From Daphnia carinata (taxonomy: Eukaryota), in assembly GCF_022539665.2 (NCBI RefSeq), contig NC_081333.1, positions 8,370,001-8,434,000 of the forward strand: DNA of 64,000 bases. Reading direction: 5' to 3'. The notes beneath the pieces were generated by a model that saw only the letters and a list, made by a program, of their open reading frames with translations, ran no database searches and was not told the DNA's origin. This document shows, piece by piece, positions 28,301 to 41,300 of the stretch (positions are counted from its first letter, which is position 1; the number at the start of each line of letters is the position of its first letter). The translations under genes and the position numbers were made by a program.

Positions 28301-31300
28301 ATAACAAAAAGCCAAGTGCTTTTGAAGATGTGAATATTCAATATCTGTTTGTGCGAAAATTGGTTGGCGTCTTTAGTTTTATCGGCCTTAATTTGAAGAT
28401 TGAAACAAACACAACAAAGAGGGGAACATTCCTCGTGTTGCTCCGTGTGTGTCCGCAAAGAGATGTGGGCAGAAGCCAAGTCGACCATGATTCGACACAT
28501 CCAGCACTAAAAAGAAAATCAGAAGACTGTAAAAAGAAGAGAGGATCGAGAATGGGAAAGCGTTTGTATGTTTTGGCTTTTTTTTTTTTTTTTTTTTCGT
28601 TGTTGTTGTTCCCCAGTTTCCTTCTCATCTCTTTCGGATGAGAATCTGGGAAAGAATGACCGAAACTAGTAATTATTTCCAGTCGGCATAACTCGCGGTA
28701 TATAGTCAGCCAGTTTTTTTTTTCCTTCATAAAGGATGAGAGAACAGCAAAAGGCAACCGTTTTATAATCATACATCTACCAGTTTTTTTAAAGTCAGGA
28801 GCGTATACAGATATGTGTATACATAAGACTGCCCCCCCCCCCTTCCTCTCAAACCCCCCTCTAAAAACATTCCCGAGCCACATCCTCTTCATTCTGGATT
28901 GTGGCAAGTCAAACTGACTGCAATTATCGAGGCGTGTCTGCTATAGGTATAAAAGTATACGCTCTATAGTGATGTTTTATTTTTTTATTTGACCACAATA
29001 AGTCCGGGGCTAGGTATATCTATATTCAAAATCGCATCCAATGCCCGCCTTCCTTATATCCTGCTGCATTTTTGCCCATCCTCGGTGAGCATTTTTAAAA
29101 AATATTAATTCGTTTTGATACATGCTCGTCGAGAAGAGAAAAAAAATACGCCGCGCACGCAACACGCACTCGAAAAGTTAAATGGATATAATCCGCACGC
29201 GCGCTGGATCGACTCTGTTGTTCTGCCGAGCGAAAACTTTACAGATAACAGTGTGTGGAGACACACACTTTGTGCGGAACACGCGATGATCTATGAACAC
29301 GAACATCATAGTTCACCGTCAACGCCAAAAACGCCGACGAACGATAGTTTGTTATTACTATATTAGATTCCGGCAACAACATGGAAACATACAGATGAAA
29401 AAGGAGGAGGAGGAAAAGGATGTAACCTGCTCATTTGTATAATCAAAAACAAAACACGGGACGCTTAAGCTACAATAGACGCGTCAACTGTTGATCCATT
29501 GACATCCGCTTTTAACGAGCTGACTTTTTCTTTGTTTTTCTTTGCGATGATGACTAACTTATTTGAGTGTTACACGAAGAGGAGGGGCATGGTGTAATTA
29601 AGGTCACCTGTTCTTTTCTCTTTCTTTGTTTGCGTAATAAGGGAGAAGAGAAAAACACAACAAAAAGTTTTTTGGAATTCTTGGAATTAACAAAAGTTCC
29701 AGACGATCCATTTTACTGAATCTTTTTTTTTTTTTTTTTTAAATAATTTGGCGACTATGTCGTAGCGATCTGCACGCAACAATGGCGACACGATCCTTCA
29801 ATGATAAACGCAACAGCGATGAATTATTTTCGAATTGCTTTGATGGATGGTATCTGCGTTCCCTTGTTTGTTTTATTTTTATGGCTGCCTTTTTCGTGAT
29901 AGATTGCGCTGATAGTGTGAACCTCCTTTGGAAAAAAATGAATAAAAAAGGCGGCCAGAGAAAGTTATGATCGGTCATTTCGTTGGAGGCGACAAGAAAC
30001 ATTGTAACTAAGCAAATAACAACCAACCAACAACACGACACTGCAACGAAAGACGGCTTCGATTCAGACAATCTCGCGCCAGGAATGCCAAACAAGAAAA
30101 TTAATAATAAAAGGTAAAAGAAAACACAACAAAAATTGCTACTTAAAATCTTTTTTTATATTCGGGTTTTGATTTTCCAGGATTATTTTTCTTGGGGTAT
30201 CGACATCTCTTCTTTCTGCTCGGCTGTGTGTACGTCCCGTGTATCGTATGAAAAAAATATCTGCGGTCGTTTGTGTTGTTTGAGCGGAGGTGGCCATACC
30301 GAGAGGAACGGCTGCGTGACAGTAAAACCCGCAAGGAGAGCTGCGTGAAATTCGAGACACATGCGCGAGCGATGAGAAAATAGAGGCAAACCTGAAAAAA
30401 AAAAAATTCCTTTAACATGCGAGCCCCTCACGATGTTTCCGTTCACTTCACACAATCGCCCGCCGGAGCCTATAAATGTGCGGCGATTATTGGGTTACAC
30501 TCTAAGCGGCGTTCTAGCGCGTCGGCGAGATCCGAACGTGAACGACGATCGGTACGATCGGCACGCCTCTTTAAAAAAAGAAAAAAAAAAAAAAAAGAGT
30601 TTTACCAGACGCATAAAACGACCGCACGCAGGAGCAGCAGCAAAAATGTAAATGAGCCCATTACGTAAATTGGCTGTTCAGAAAGTCTCTCACAGCCCAT
30701 CTCATTTTGTTGTTGTTGTTGATTTTTTATTTATTTGACTTTTCGGGCGCGTGTTTCGTGCCCGGCGCAAATTGAGAACAAAAACGGAGGAAGTGACGTC
30801 ACCTCTGCGCTAATCGTGTAGTTGAAAAAAGAGAAAACGAACGCGTAGTACAGTGAAAACATATTCAAAAGGCGGACTCCTCCACTTCCCACGTCCGGAA
30901 TGTCTTCCAATCGCGTCAATCACGAATCGTAGCAGCATAAAGATACCAATTAGTCTCCGCCCTCTACGTCTATGTGTATCCGTTCCTCCTCAATTTTTTT
31001 TTTTTTTTTTTTTTTTACCAATGTTGGATAAATTCTGGAGGGCTTCGGTCATCATTCAAAGTCCTTATTTAAATAATGTTCACCTATAGAAATCGAATGA
31101 GGAAGAGAGGACGGTCTAATTATAGACATGTGGTAATGTCATCATTTTTGTTCATTTTACTTCCTTTCATGTACCATACTGTTTTTGTATTAAATAAACA
31201 CTGGTTGTCTGATTCATTTCCTCCATTTTACGGCGATATTCTCTTGTTTTTGCCTAGTTCGTATTCATTTACTTTGATGTTCCGAAGGTAGCTGTTGTCA

Positions 31301-31440
31301 TACATACGTAGAGTGGGATATAGACATAGAATAGTACAAAATACAAAGTGATATGGCAACAATTGACCTCTTATCCAAGTGTACATAGTTCTGATTACAT
31401 ATGAAGCAAATTAAGCAGGAGAAATACAGTTGCATTTGCG

Positions 31441-32870
31441 CGGCTTATGACAAAAAATGAGGACTTTGATCATGAAACGTTTAATCACGTTTATCTCAAA
31501 AACTACAAATCCAACACAAAAATAGACTTCATTATCATGATCCTTGTTCAGTTTACCATCGAAATCTTGCATAGTTTGGTATATTTATGTTTAACAAAAA
31601 GCTACAACCGAAATTTAAGCCCAACTTTTTAAGACCGACTTTTTAAGCCCGACTTTTTAAGCCCGACTTTTTGTACAAAAAGTTGGCCTTATAATTTTAC
31701 CTTAGAATACCCAAAACTTGAATTCCACTTAAGATAAGTGTATTCGAACGCTGATTAATGTATACAATAACAGTTTTACCTTCATTAGTGCATTTTTTGA
31801 GAATTTAGCAATAAAAGTGCTTTCAATCCAACCACTTTTCAGACAATAATTCAAAAACTATAAGCCCAGCGTAAAAACAAACTTGACTTTCGTGATCGCC
31901 GTTCAATTTTGAGTCGAAATCATGTATTTCTAGCTATATCTAGATTTTAGCCAAAAATGAAAAAGTGGGAAGGCTACAGCCTTCCCACTTTTGTCCAAAT
32001 CTGAAAAAAATGACATCTTTCGGAATTGAATGTGTACAATCAGTATTGAACGGTGACTTCAAATTGCATTTGTTTTGTTGCCTAATCACTCGTTTTGGAA
32101 CTTAACGAAACAAAATTGCTGTTAGTGCAACAACTTTATTCATCCGTTTTTTACGTTTATTTCAGAAACTATGACGCCCACGCCAAAACAAGCTTGACTT
32201 TCGTGATTCTCAATCAATTTCCAATCGAAATCATGTATTTAAAGTCATATCTAGGATTTAGCCAAAAATGAAAAAGTGAGAAGGCTATAGCCTTCCCACT
32301 TTTGCCAAAATCTGAAAAAAATGACATCTCTCGGAATTGAATGAAATTCACCGTGTAGAATCAGTATTGAACGGTGACTTCAAATTGCATTTCTTTTGTT
32401 GCCTAATCACTTGTTTTGGAACTTAACGGAACAAAATTGCTGTTAGTGCAACAACCTCATTCATCCGTTTTTTACGTTTATTTCAGAAACTATAACGCCC
32501 ACGCCAAAACAAGCTTGATTTTCGTGATTCTCAATCAATTTCCAATCGAAATCATGTATTTAAAGTCATATCTAGGATTTAGCCAAAAATGAAAAAGTGA
32601 GAAGGCTATAGCCTTCCCACTTATGTCAAAATCAGAAAAAAATGACATCTCTTAGAATTCAATGAAATCTTCCTAGTACAATAAAAATTGAGCGATGAGT
32701 TCAAAAATCTATTTGTTTTCTTGTCAAGGCAGTCGTTTTTCAAATAAATGGACTAAAAGTGCTGTGAGCGCAACATTTTTGCTCTTCAGTTTTTTACTTT
32801 TATTTAAGAAATGATAATTCCAAAGCAAAAACAGACTTGTTTTGCGTGATAAGCGTTTAATTTGAATTAC
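31441..32870. repeat. Tandem ~310-320-bp repeat array made of alternating inverted subunits; probably a non-autonomous transposon or satellite remnant
   Basis: The hairpin AAAAGTG(G/A)GAAGGCT-AC/AT-AGCCTTCCCACTT recurs at 31961, 32272 and 32593 (periods 311 and 321). Intervening sequence is near-identical between units. Homologous to 37193-38316. Confidence 0.8.
31614..31669. repeat. 14-bp minisatellite (TTTAAGCCCGACTT x4) within the repeat array
   Basis: Four consecutive copies with single substitutions, running into the palindrome ACTTTTTGTACAAAAAGT. Confidence 0.85.
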
Positions 32871-35800
32871 AACCTTGCATTTGTTAAAGCTGTACTTTTA
32901 TTTAACAAAACCAAAAGACAAGTGGATGGTGCATTAATTACTAGAAGGTGGATTGCTACTACATGGAGGTGCAGGATCCCTAGAAAATGACCAAAGTAAA
33001 TGCTAAACCAGCGAACAGAGGTTAATCTATAAAAAACGATCTTCCGTACTACTTTATGCAAATCGAATGGTAATAACGCGTGGGATCCTCCCTCGTTTCC
33101 ACAAATCATTCAACGAGTGCCAGAGTGCAAGCGAACACGGTTGCTGCTACCTACTGCAATACCTTCCTTTTTTTGTGGAGGGGGTTGAAATGACCTTTCT
33201 CAAGCGCCACTCATTTGCCTATTAAAAAACCTGAAAAAAAGTGAGGGAAAAGGTTAGAAAAGAGATAGAAATAAAACGAGAAAATAAAGAATTGGACTGA
33301 GAGAGCCATTGAAACAATAAAGAAACATACGCGGGAGTTGGACAGCTGTTTGCCTTATAAAGTTAGAGAACTCGTTATCGGCTCGAATATGCATATCATA
33401 AATCTTGAAAAAAAGGGGAGAAGGACAAGACAGAATTAACGATTTTTCTAGCTATTTCGAAATAAAACTTCCCACTGCCCCAATGCTGATGTTTTTCTCT
33501 CTCTCTCTTTCTTTTACTTTTTATTATCATTTCATTTTATTCAAGATTTTGGTTTTTTATTCTCTAAAATAAACCCCACAGGTTTCCATGTCTAATTATG
33601 TTCGAAACGGCCATTAAGACGAAGAGAGTAGCCGTATAGAAAGATCGTTTTCTCGTTCGGAGACGACTCCCGTGCGCAGCTCAACTTCAAATAAATAAAA
33701 ATAATAAAACAAGAACGAAACGTTACAGTCACGTCAAGTATTGCCCGCAGTAAAAAAAAACTACGTCGTATTTATTTTTTTTTTTTTTCTTCCTTTCTTT
33801 TAACACTTAATGGAAAGCACTGCGAGCCGTGCGCTCATAAACAAGGAGTTATATGACCAATTAAGAGAGTGCGCTAAAAAGCGATCAATCAACCACCGGC
33901 ACAGTTCTGATGAAACGTCTAACAACGCAATAGGATTCGTTTTCTTATTAAAGAAGGAGAAAAAGAAATGAACTGTTACATTCGGTCCAAATGTCAAATG
34001 GGAGTGGACGCTGTGACGATCGATGGACCGTCCATCCGTCTGACAGGTTCTTAATGCAATTTCAAAGGTAAATCCTGTTTGGTTAGTTGGGAGGATTCTT
34101 TGAAACCAGAATGTTTCTGGGTTTAATCCTATACTTATAGTATACGTCTATCTAGTGAATTTAACTGCGCTTTAACAAACAAGTGACTACATGTAACTTG
34201 TGTTCAATCTATCTTTCGAAAACATTCCCCGGTGTCAACTGGCCATGACAAAAGGCTCACAAAGCGAAACCCTATCTGCCTCCTTTTGTTGTCTTTCACT
34301 TCGATATGTTATCGTGTTGATTTCACTATTCAATACGACCAGGCTTTTGAAATGACATAGTGGGACATAAGAAACGATCTGCGAAAAGCACTGCCTCCTC
34401 CTGGAACTGACAATTGTCAAAGAATCTCATACAAGATGAAGACATGCACGTATTATGTGCGTTGAAAAAAAAAAAAGAAGAGATTGTCTGGAAAGATGGA
34501 AATCGAGACCGGAGGGGACTATGTAACATATTGAATCAATTCAAGAAAAGACATAAAGAATGAGCTACGTACGAAATTGGCTGATCTTCCACTAGCTCCA
34601 TGTATACGTGAATGAGCTGTATACAGCTTCTGCGGCAAATCTAATCGATCATCCAACATGGTGGGCACAGAGGTACCTGTATTCTTCTTTTTTTTTATTT
34701 TACCTTTTCTATAAGTTTTTTTTTTCCGGATTATACGTTTGCCTGTTGCACACCTCCAATGGGGACAATAGAAGAAGGCTCTTGTACATCATGTAATGTA
34801 CATAGCGGTGTATAAGAGACGATTGTCGACTTTGTTGTCGTATTGCGTCGTGGCGAATTCCGGCGCAAGGATGACAATCGATTCCGGCCGATCTTTGTGA
34901 ATCGTTGGAATGTCTCCCCCTCCCTTCCACCGCGGCGTCTCTTTTGTTTGCCTTTCCGGTATCAGATGCAATCGCGCAATTCTCAGTATGCAAGTATTTA
35001 CCTTAAAAAGAATTTCTTATTTTGTATTTCCTTCCGAAGTTCTTTCCAATATTTGTACAGTGTGTGTTTTATTGTTACGAAAATCGCCGAGTTATACAAC
35101 ACCTGAGCAACGCCCCATCGGATCGATTTACCTGCTCCAATAACGGCCTCTCCCCCCTCCCCTCGCCGCGAACCGGATGTAATTTCAGTCGCATTCCGCA
35201 CACGAGCCTGACATTTGGAAATAAAAAAAAAAGCTAATTTTACCTACACAACCAGATGATTGTCGCCTCTCCATTTCGCTTCTCCCCTTTCGTTCTAATG
35301 AAGGATCTGGCACGAGACATTCCAGACACAAACACCGCCCACGTCGTAATGAACGGTTATCGATACGCACGCCAGCAGTCAGTCGTGAGCCCTAAAATAA
35401 TAGCGAACGATTATTAAAACACTAAAATGGTATACACACTAAAAACCTTTGCCTCTAATGAGAAATAATGGCGAAAGAAAGGGAACCACCATCAGTCAGC
35501 CAGGTATATAATTGATTACTCTCGTGAAAAACAGCTCCAAATAACAGAACAGAAAATGAGTCCGCAGCCGTACGCTTCAGTCAGGCTTTAATGAAAGGTT
35601 GCTCTTCACGTCTAGGAAAGAAGACGCTCCAGTCGCCTCATTGTCCACAAGGAAAACTAAAAAAAGGGAAACCTAAAAAGAAAGAAGACCCTAGAAACAA
35701 AAAAAAATATGTATAATAATCACGGACTAAAGGGGGGGGGGATATATTTCTATCTATAGCTAACAGAGTGAAAGAGGTATAAGCAGTCTAGGAGGAAAAT

Positions 35801-37192
35801 GAGAGGGACCTGTCATTATGTCTGTAGTGGGACTTTCTTGCCCGATGAGCCTTCAAACCAAAAAAAAAAATTGTGTCCTGATGACTCTACCACGTAGACA
35901 GGTTCACTTAGAGGTGGTCATCATTACACACAGTCTCGACATTATTAGAATAGACATCTCTGATGTCCGCTCCCAATCTGATGGCCTTATACAGTTTTTT
36001 TTTTACACATGTCTGGAAGTTAGTAAAAGATAGTCTGTAACGTGAGATTATTTCCGTTGCTTAAGCCGCTCATTACGAGATCGTGCAAGCGTGTTGATTG
36101 AATTCAAACCAGTTTTGAATGTATTCGATTTAAATTAGGGTGAATGTGGAACAAAAGTGATTAGTTTATGTATTTTTTTTCCGGGCGAAAATGAGCTCAA
36201 GGGCCTTTTTTGAAACAGGAAAACTTGATTATCCTAGTTTGCCACTTTGTCTCGAGACTGTTTTCATTTCATGTTCATTTCTCGTAGTCAAAACGGGACG
36301 TTTTTACTCACAAAAAGAGAAACCATCTGCCCCATACTGTGAGCCGCTAAAGATCCATAGAGTACAAACAGAGACCAAGTTTGTCTTTTTCATCCGTTTC
36401 CATTTGCTGGTCATGTCACACACAAAAAAAGGAGAAGACGAGACGCAGATATGGAGGCCTCTGACCGAAAACTGTGGCCAACACATCACAGTATATCTAC
36501 GCTAACATAGAAAAATGGGGGTATCGTTGACCGACGTAGGAGGAGGAGCACAAAATGGAAAATTAAAGTGGCAAACATTTTTCAGGCCAACTTCTTTTTT
36601 TATTTCTTCTGGAGTTTGCTGTCCTCAAGTAGTAGCAACACATGGAAAAAGGAAGAACCTTAAACGTGTAGTAGGAGGAGTTTTCTTGATCTGCTCCCCT
36701 CCGTTTCCCTCTCCTTAAAGGAAAAATCTTTTGGAATCCCTGAATTTGAAATTCAAAAATCAATGCCAAACATCAGGGAGACAACAGCAGCAGTTCGCAT
36801 AGATCCCTCCTTCCTACCACCACGGGATCAAAACAATCCAAATGGGGGTCGTAACTCCTGGAATTCCACAAGAAATCCCCTCCTATCATGTGCATATATA
36901 TATTTAAATCTTTTCAACAGACGGTAAGCCACCCCCATCTTAACACACAGAAAACAAGCAGGAAATTCAGTGGCCCTGGTGGGTTGCAATCATACACGGT
37001 TCTCCTTCCATTCAGTGTGTACTGCAATCCGCAGTGTCCCCTTGGCCATTGCTTCATAAATGAGATGCTGATTATGCAGTCTGGAAGAGAAAAAAAAAAC
37101 TTGAGGGTTGTCTCGTGACGATCATTTTTTTTTTTTTTTTTTCGATAGAATGCTGACGATAGCCAGCTAGTTTCACACCTGATCTTCGCTGC

Positions 37193-38316
37193 TTGATGTC
37201 GGTTTTCCTAATTCTCGTTCAATTTGAAATCCAAATCATATATTTTAATAGTTATATGCACGTTTTTGAACAACTTTTTCGCGTAAAAGTCGGGCTTGTT
37301 CTATCGGGCTTATTTTTGAGCATTGCATTTTTCATCAAAAATTTGGGCGTAAAATTTTTAAATTTGAATTCCATATAAGATAACCGAATTCGAACGCTGA
37401 TTAACATACAATAAAAGTTTTCCCTTCATTAGTGCATTTTTGAGAATTTAGCAATAAAAGTGGTTTCAATCCAACCACTTTTAAACGAATAATTAAAAAA
37501 CTATAAGCCCAGCGTAAAAATGAACTTGATTTTCGTGATTGGCGTTCAATTTTGAGTCGAAACCATTTAATTCTAGCTATATTTATGTTTTAGCCAAAAA
37601 TGAAAAAATGAGAAGGCTATAGCCTTCTCACTTTTGCGAAAATCAGCAAAAAAGGGCATCTCTTGCATTTCGGCGAAAATCACCTGTTATACCCAAAATT
37701 AAGCGCTGATTCCGGATCAGACATTAGTTTTCCCGTTTATTGTGCAATTTTGACAATAAAATGTAACAAAAAGTTGCTTAAGCCCAACCACTTTTAATTG
37801 GAATAGCTCAAATACTGCAAATTGTATCCAAAAACAAAGTCGGTTTTCTTAATTGTCATCCAATTTCAAATCCGAATCTTGTATTTTTATAGCTACATGT
37901 CTGTTTTTGAAGATAAAACATTTTTGCGTAGAAGTCGGGCTTATTTTTTAACCTTGCATTTTCATCAAAAGTTGGGATTAAAATTTTTGAGTCGAAATTA
38001 TATGAACCTTAAGTTAAAATAACCGAATATGAACGTTGATCAGCATAAAATAATCCGTTTTCCCTTCATTTATGCATTTTTCAAGAAAAATAGCGCAATA
38101 AAAGTGATCTCAATCCAACCGCTTTTAATACGAATAATTCAAAAACTACAGGTTCCACGTAAAACTGAAGCTGATTTTTGTGATTGTCGTTCACTATTAA
38201 ATTTAAATCGTTATATGTATTTTAGCCATATCTAGGTTTTATTTATGTCAAAGATAGCGCAATAAAAGTGATCTCAATCCAACCGCTTTTAATACGAATA
38301 ATTCAAAAACTACAGG
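37193..38316. repeat. Second block of the same dispersed palindromic repeat family
   Basis: 37390-37640 aligns by eye to 31743-31995 (e.g. GAGAATTTAGCAATAAAAGTG, CTATAAGCCCAGCGTAAAAA). Perfect 22-bp palindrome TGAGAAGGCTATAGCCTTCTCA at 37609-37630. Internal diverged repeats and an exact 63-bp duplication. Confidence 0.8.
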
Positions 38317-41300
38317 GAAAACTGAAGGAGAAAAAAAAATGATTTTAGGGGATTTTAGTGAAAAGTGGGAAGGGAGAAAAAAATGATTTGGGGATTGTCT
38401 CGTGATGATCATTTTTGTTTTTCTTCGATAGCATGCTGACGATGGTCGGCAAGGTTTCACACCTGATCCTCTCTGCTGGATGTTTTCCGCTCCTCTAGGC
38501 AAATGCTGACTGGCGGCTGTGCACTTCACCATTTGTGTATCTATACATCCCCTTAAGAAAAAATGAAAAAAAAAATAAATATTCTCTTTACACAAAACGC
38601 AGCATGAGGGTTGACTTGTTTTGCTTCGTTTCTTTTTCCTTTTATTGTTTGTCCGCTCGAGACCAGTTGACAAGAGAGATGACAAGTTTTTTCAAGGTTC
38701 GATTCTTAACTCTCTCTCTCTCTTTGCTGTGTATAGATACATGTAGCTCTTGGACAACAGCAGGTACGTGTTTTCGTGTCGAAGAAGGGATAATGAGATT
38801 CCGCTGCTAGATATATGCAGGAATTAGTCATCGACTTTTCGGACTGTGTTTGGTCGCAGGAGACAAGGGCAGACGAGAGAAGAATAAGAAAAACGGGGCC
38901 AGTCGTCACTGCGAAAAGGCGGTTTGACTTTTATTTTTCGTTTCCTTTTCTTTAAAGAATAACATTGACGGATGACAGTGTTTCTTCTTCCATCTACATA
39001 AGACAACATGAAGAAGGAGGGGGGTGGATACACAAACAACTGGAGTGGTGCTTCCCTCCTGCTGTTAACTCTTTTTCTTATTCGTTTTATAACCAAAACA
39101 TTTTGGGAACCACTCTGTGAACATCAAACGTTTTCGAAAATATATATATGTACTTGATTATCTTCTTCATATTCATAGTGAATCCCCAAGTTTTTTTTCT
39201 TTTAAAGCTGGACCGCCCCTTTTGTCCCCCCAGCTTTTGTCAACGAAAGTGTCCTGCTGGCCGTCGCGGATCGCGTCGCTGATGGACGAGGACAACGAAA
39301 ATGTTCCAGTATGTTGTGACGGCAATCATGCCGCCCTCTTGTTTCATTCTCTTTCGAGAGGGGATTTATTCGTTTTGGAGACAAAACTAGCCCCCCTACT
39401 AGCGTCGTCTTTGCCACAACTGTTTTGCCTTTTTCAATGTCCCCTATTCCATCTTTCTCCTTTTGGCATGTACCCCGGGAGTTGTGACTTTGCGGTACAT
39501 CAGGGCACATTTTTGTAGGAATCCTCTTCGTCAGGATTTGCTAGAACAAGCGGGGTTTTTCTTTTTCAACAAAAGGTCATCGATATCGACTGTTGTCACT
39601 CGTTTTCACAGCTCGTCGTCCTTTTTTTTTATCTCCTTGTATTTGGGCTTTACTCCGTTTGTCTTCATGAGAGAAACACAGGCAGCTCCCGCTGTTAAAA
39701 TTCTCGTATGGCCATAACAGATGATCGCTATCGTTATATCGGTTGAAAAGCAAAAACTACAAAAACAACAAGATCCGACTTGAAGATTTTTTGCTTTTTA
39801 AATATTTTTGACCTGATGCCAGAGCGCGAGCCTGCAATTATTATTATCTTTACATTTTTTCTTGTTTCCTTTTGTTCTTTATCTTTGATTTTTGGCTTAC
39901 AGGTTGAAAAAGCATCAAAAATTCGGCTCGAGCCATGACAGCAGTTTTGCAATCCAATCTTCTTCACAAAATTTGACAGTACCAAGATTACTAAATCTTA
40001 TTTCTATTGTTCTCTTCTATTTCCTTTTTTCCATTTTACGGCGATAGTCTTTCTTATAGACGCGCATATAAGCGGCGAATAGATCGGTGTCTAGTAGTGT
40101 ATATAGAAATAACCGGTTCGTCATGGACGGGAGGTCAGTTTCAATCCGCGCAACAACACGTAATAACGCGCAGAGAAAAAAAAAGGGCTCTCCTCTTTCT
40201 TTCGACAGTCGAAAGGTAACATGAGATGATGATGGAAAAAAAAGAAACAAAAAGAAAAAGGTTTTGATGAGTAAACCGCAGGGGTCCGCGTGTAATTTCC
40301 ACAGCCCTCTGATCTCTTCTCTCTCTTTTTTCGTTTTATTCTGTTCTTCAATATATATATATATATATGTATACATCATTTCATGTTGGGATACTATACA
40401 GACACGATTAAAAAAAGAAATGGGAGGACGGATTGAGGTGGATATCCACGTCTTTTTACAGATAATGGGACTTGGTTTTAAAAAGAAAAACACGACTTGA
40501 AAAGCATTTATTTCTCCCCCCAGTAACACAACTCCTGTATCCAGTTATTATTTGTCACACCTAACGGCGTTTACTTTGATTTCTTTTCAAAGCTGCCAAC
40601 GCATCATATAAATCCTCCGACCCAGCGTAAGATTTAAAGTCTCACCACAAATCTTTTCAGGTGCAATTTTACAGTAGATTGAATTGATACCATTTCTCGT
40701 TTTTTCTCTTTTTTTTCCCCTCCTACCCTTCGTGATGCCCAGGTGTGCGTGACATCAGCTGCTGAGTTCGAAATGTTCTGCAAACGAGGTCATCACGATT
40801 CAAACTCACAAACTGCGTTGATGTCAGATGCGGTTAAGCGTACCCTGAGACGGTAAGGCAAACGCCGTAAAGTCCGCATCCCCTCGTGTAGTGAAATGAA
40901 CGTAGAAAGAACCTGACGGCTCTTCCAGGTGGAAACAGAAGTCAATCTTCCACGTGTTACAGCAATATACAGAGAAGGTCTCCAGTAGAAAACTTAAAAA
41001 AAAAGGTAGATCATATCAGAAACATACATATGCAGCGTGTCAGTTTTTAATATCTTCTTTTCGCTTCAGTCGTTGATTATTGTTCATCAAAATGTACGTT
41101 GTTTCCATTTTTGTTTTTCATCCAGCGCCATTCTATAACAAAAAGAAATATGAAATTTTGGGTTGTGTATACCAATGAGAAATCGACACCTTTCCAAACG
41201 ATTGCGGGGAAATGAGCCTTTGGCTTCGGATGGAAATCTAGGCTGGGGTTAGCCACAGTCATCACATTAAACGGCCAAAGGGACGTGTAATCACGTCGAC

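Noticed and set aside
31614..32870. Regularly spaced palindromic repeats as a possible CRISPR array
   Set aside because: Eukaryotic context, the spacers are near-identical to each other, the period is about 310 bp, and there are no cas genes.
34801..35370. Fragments reminiscent of the drumstick N-terminus (DDCR, RRGEFRRK, MRIDN)
   Set aside because: They lie in different frames and strands, have no ATG in frame, and no zinc-finger exon follows; most likely chance.
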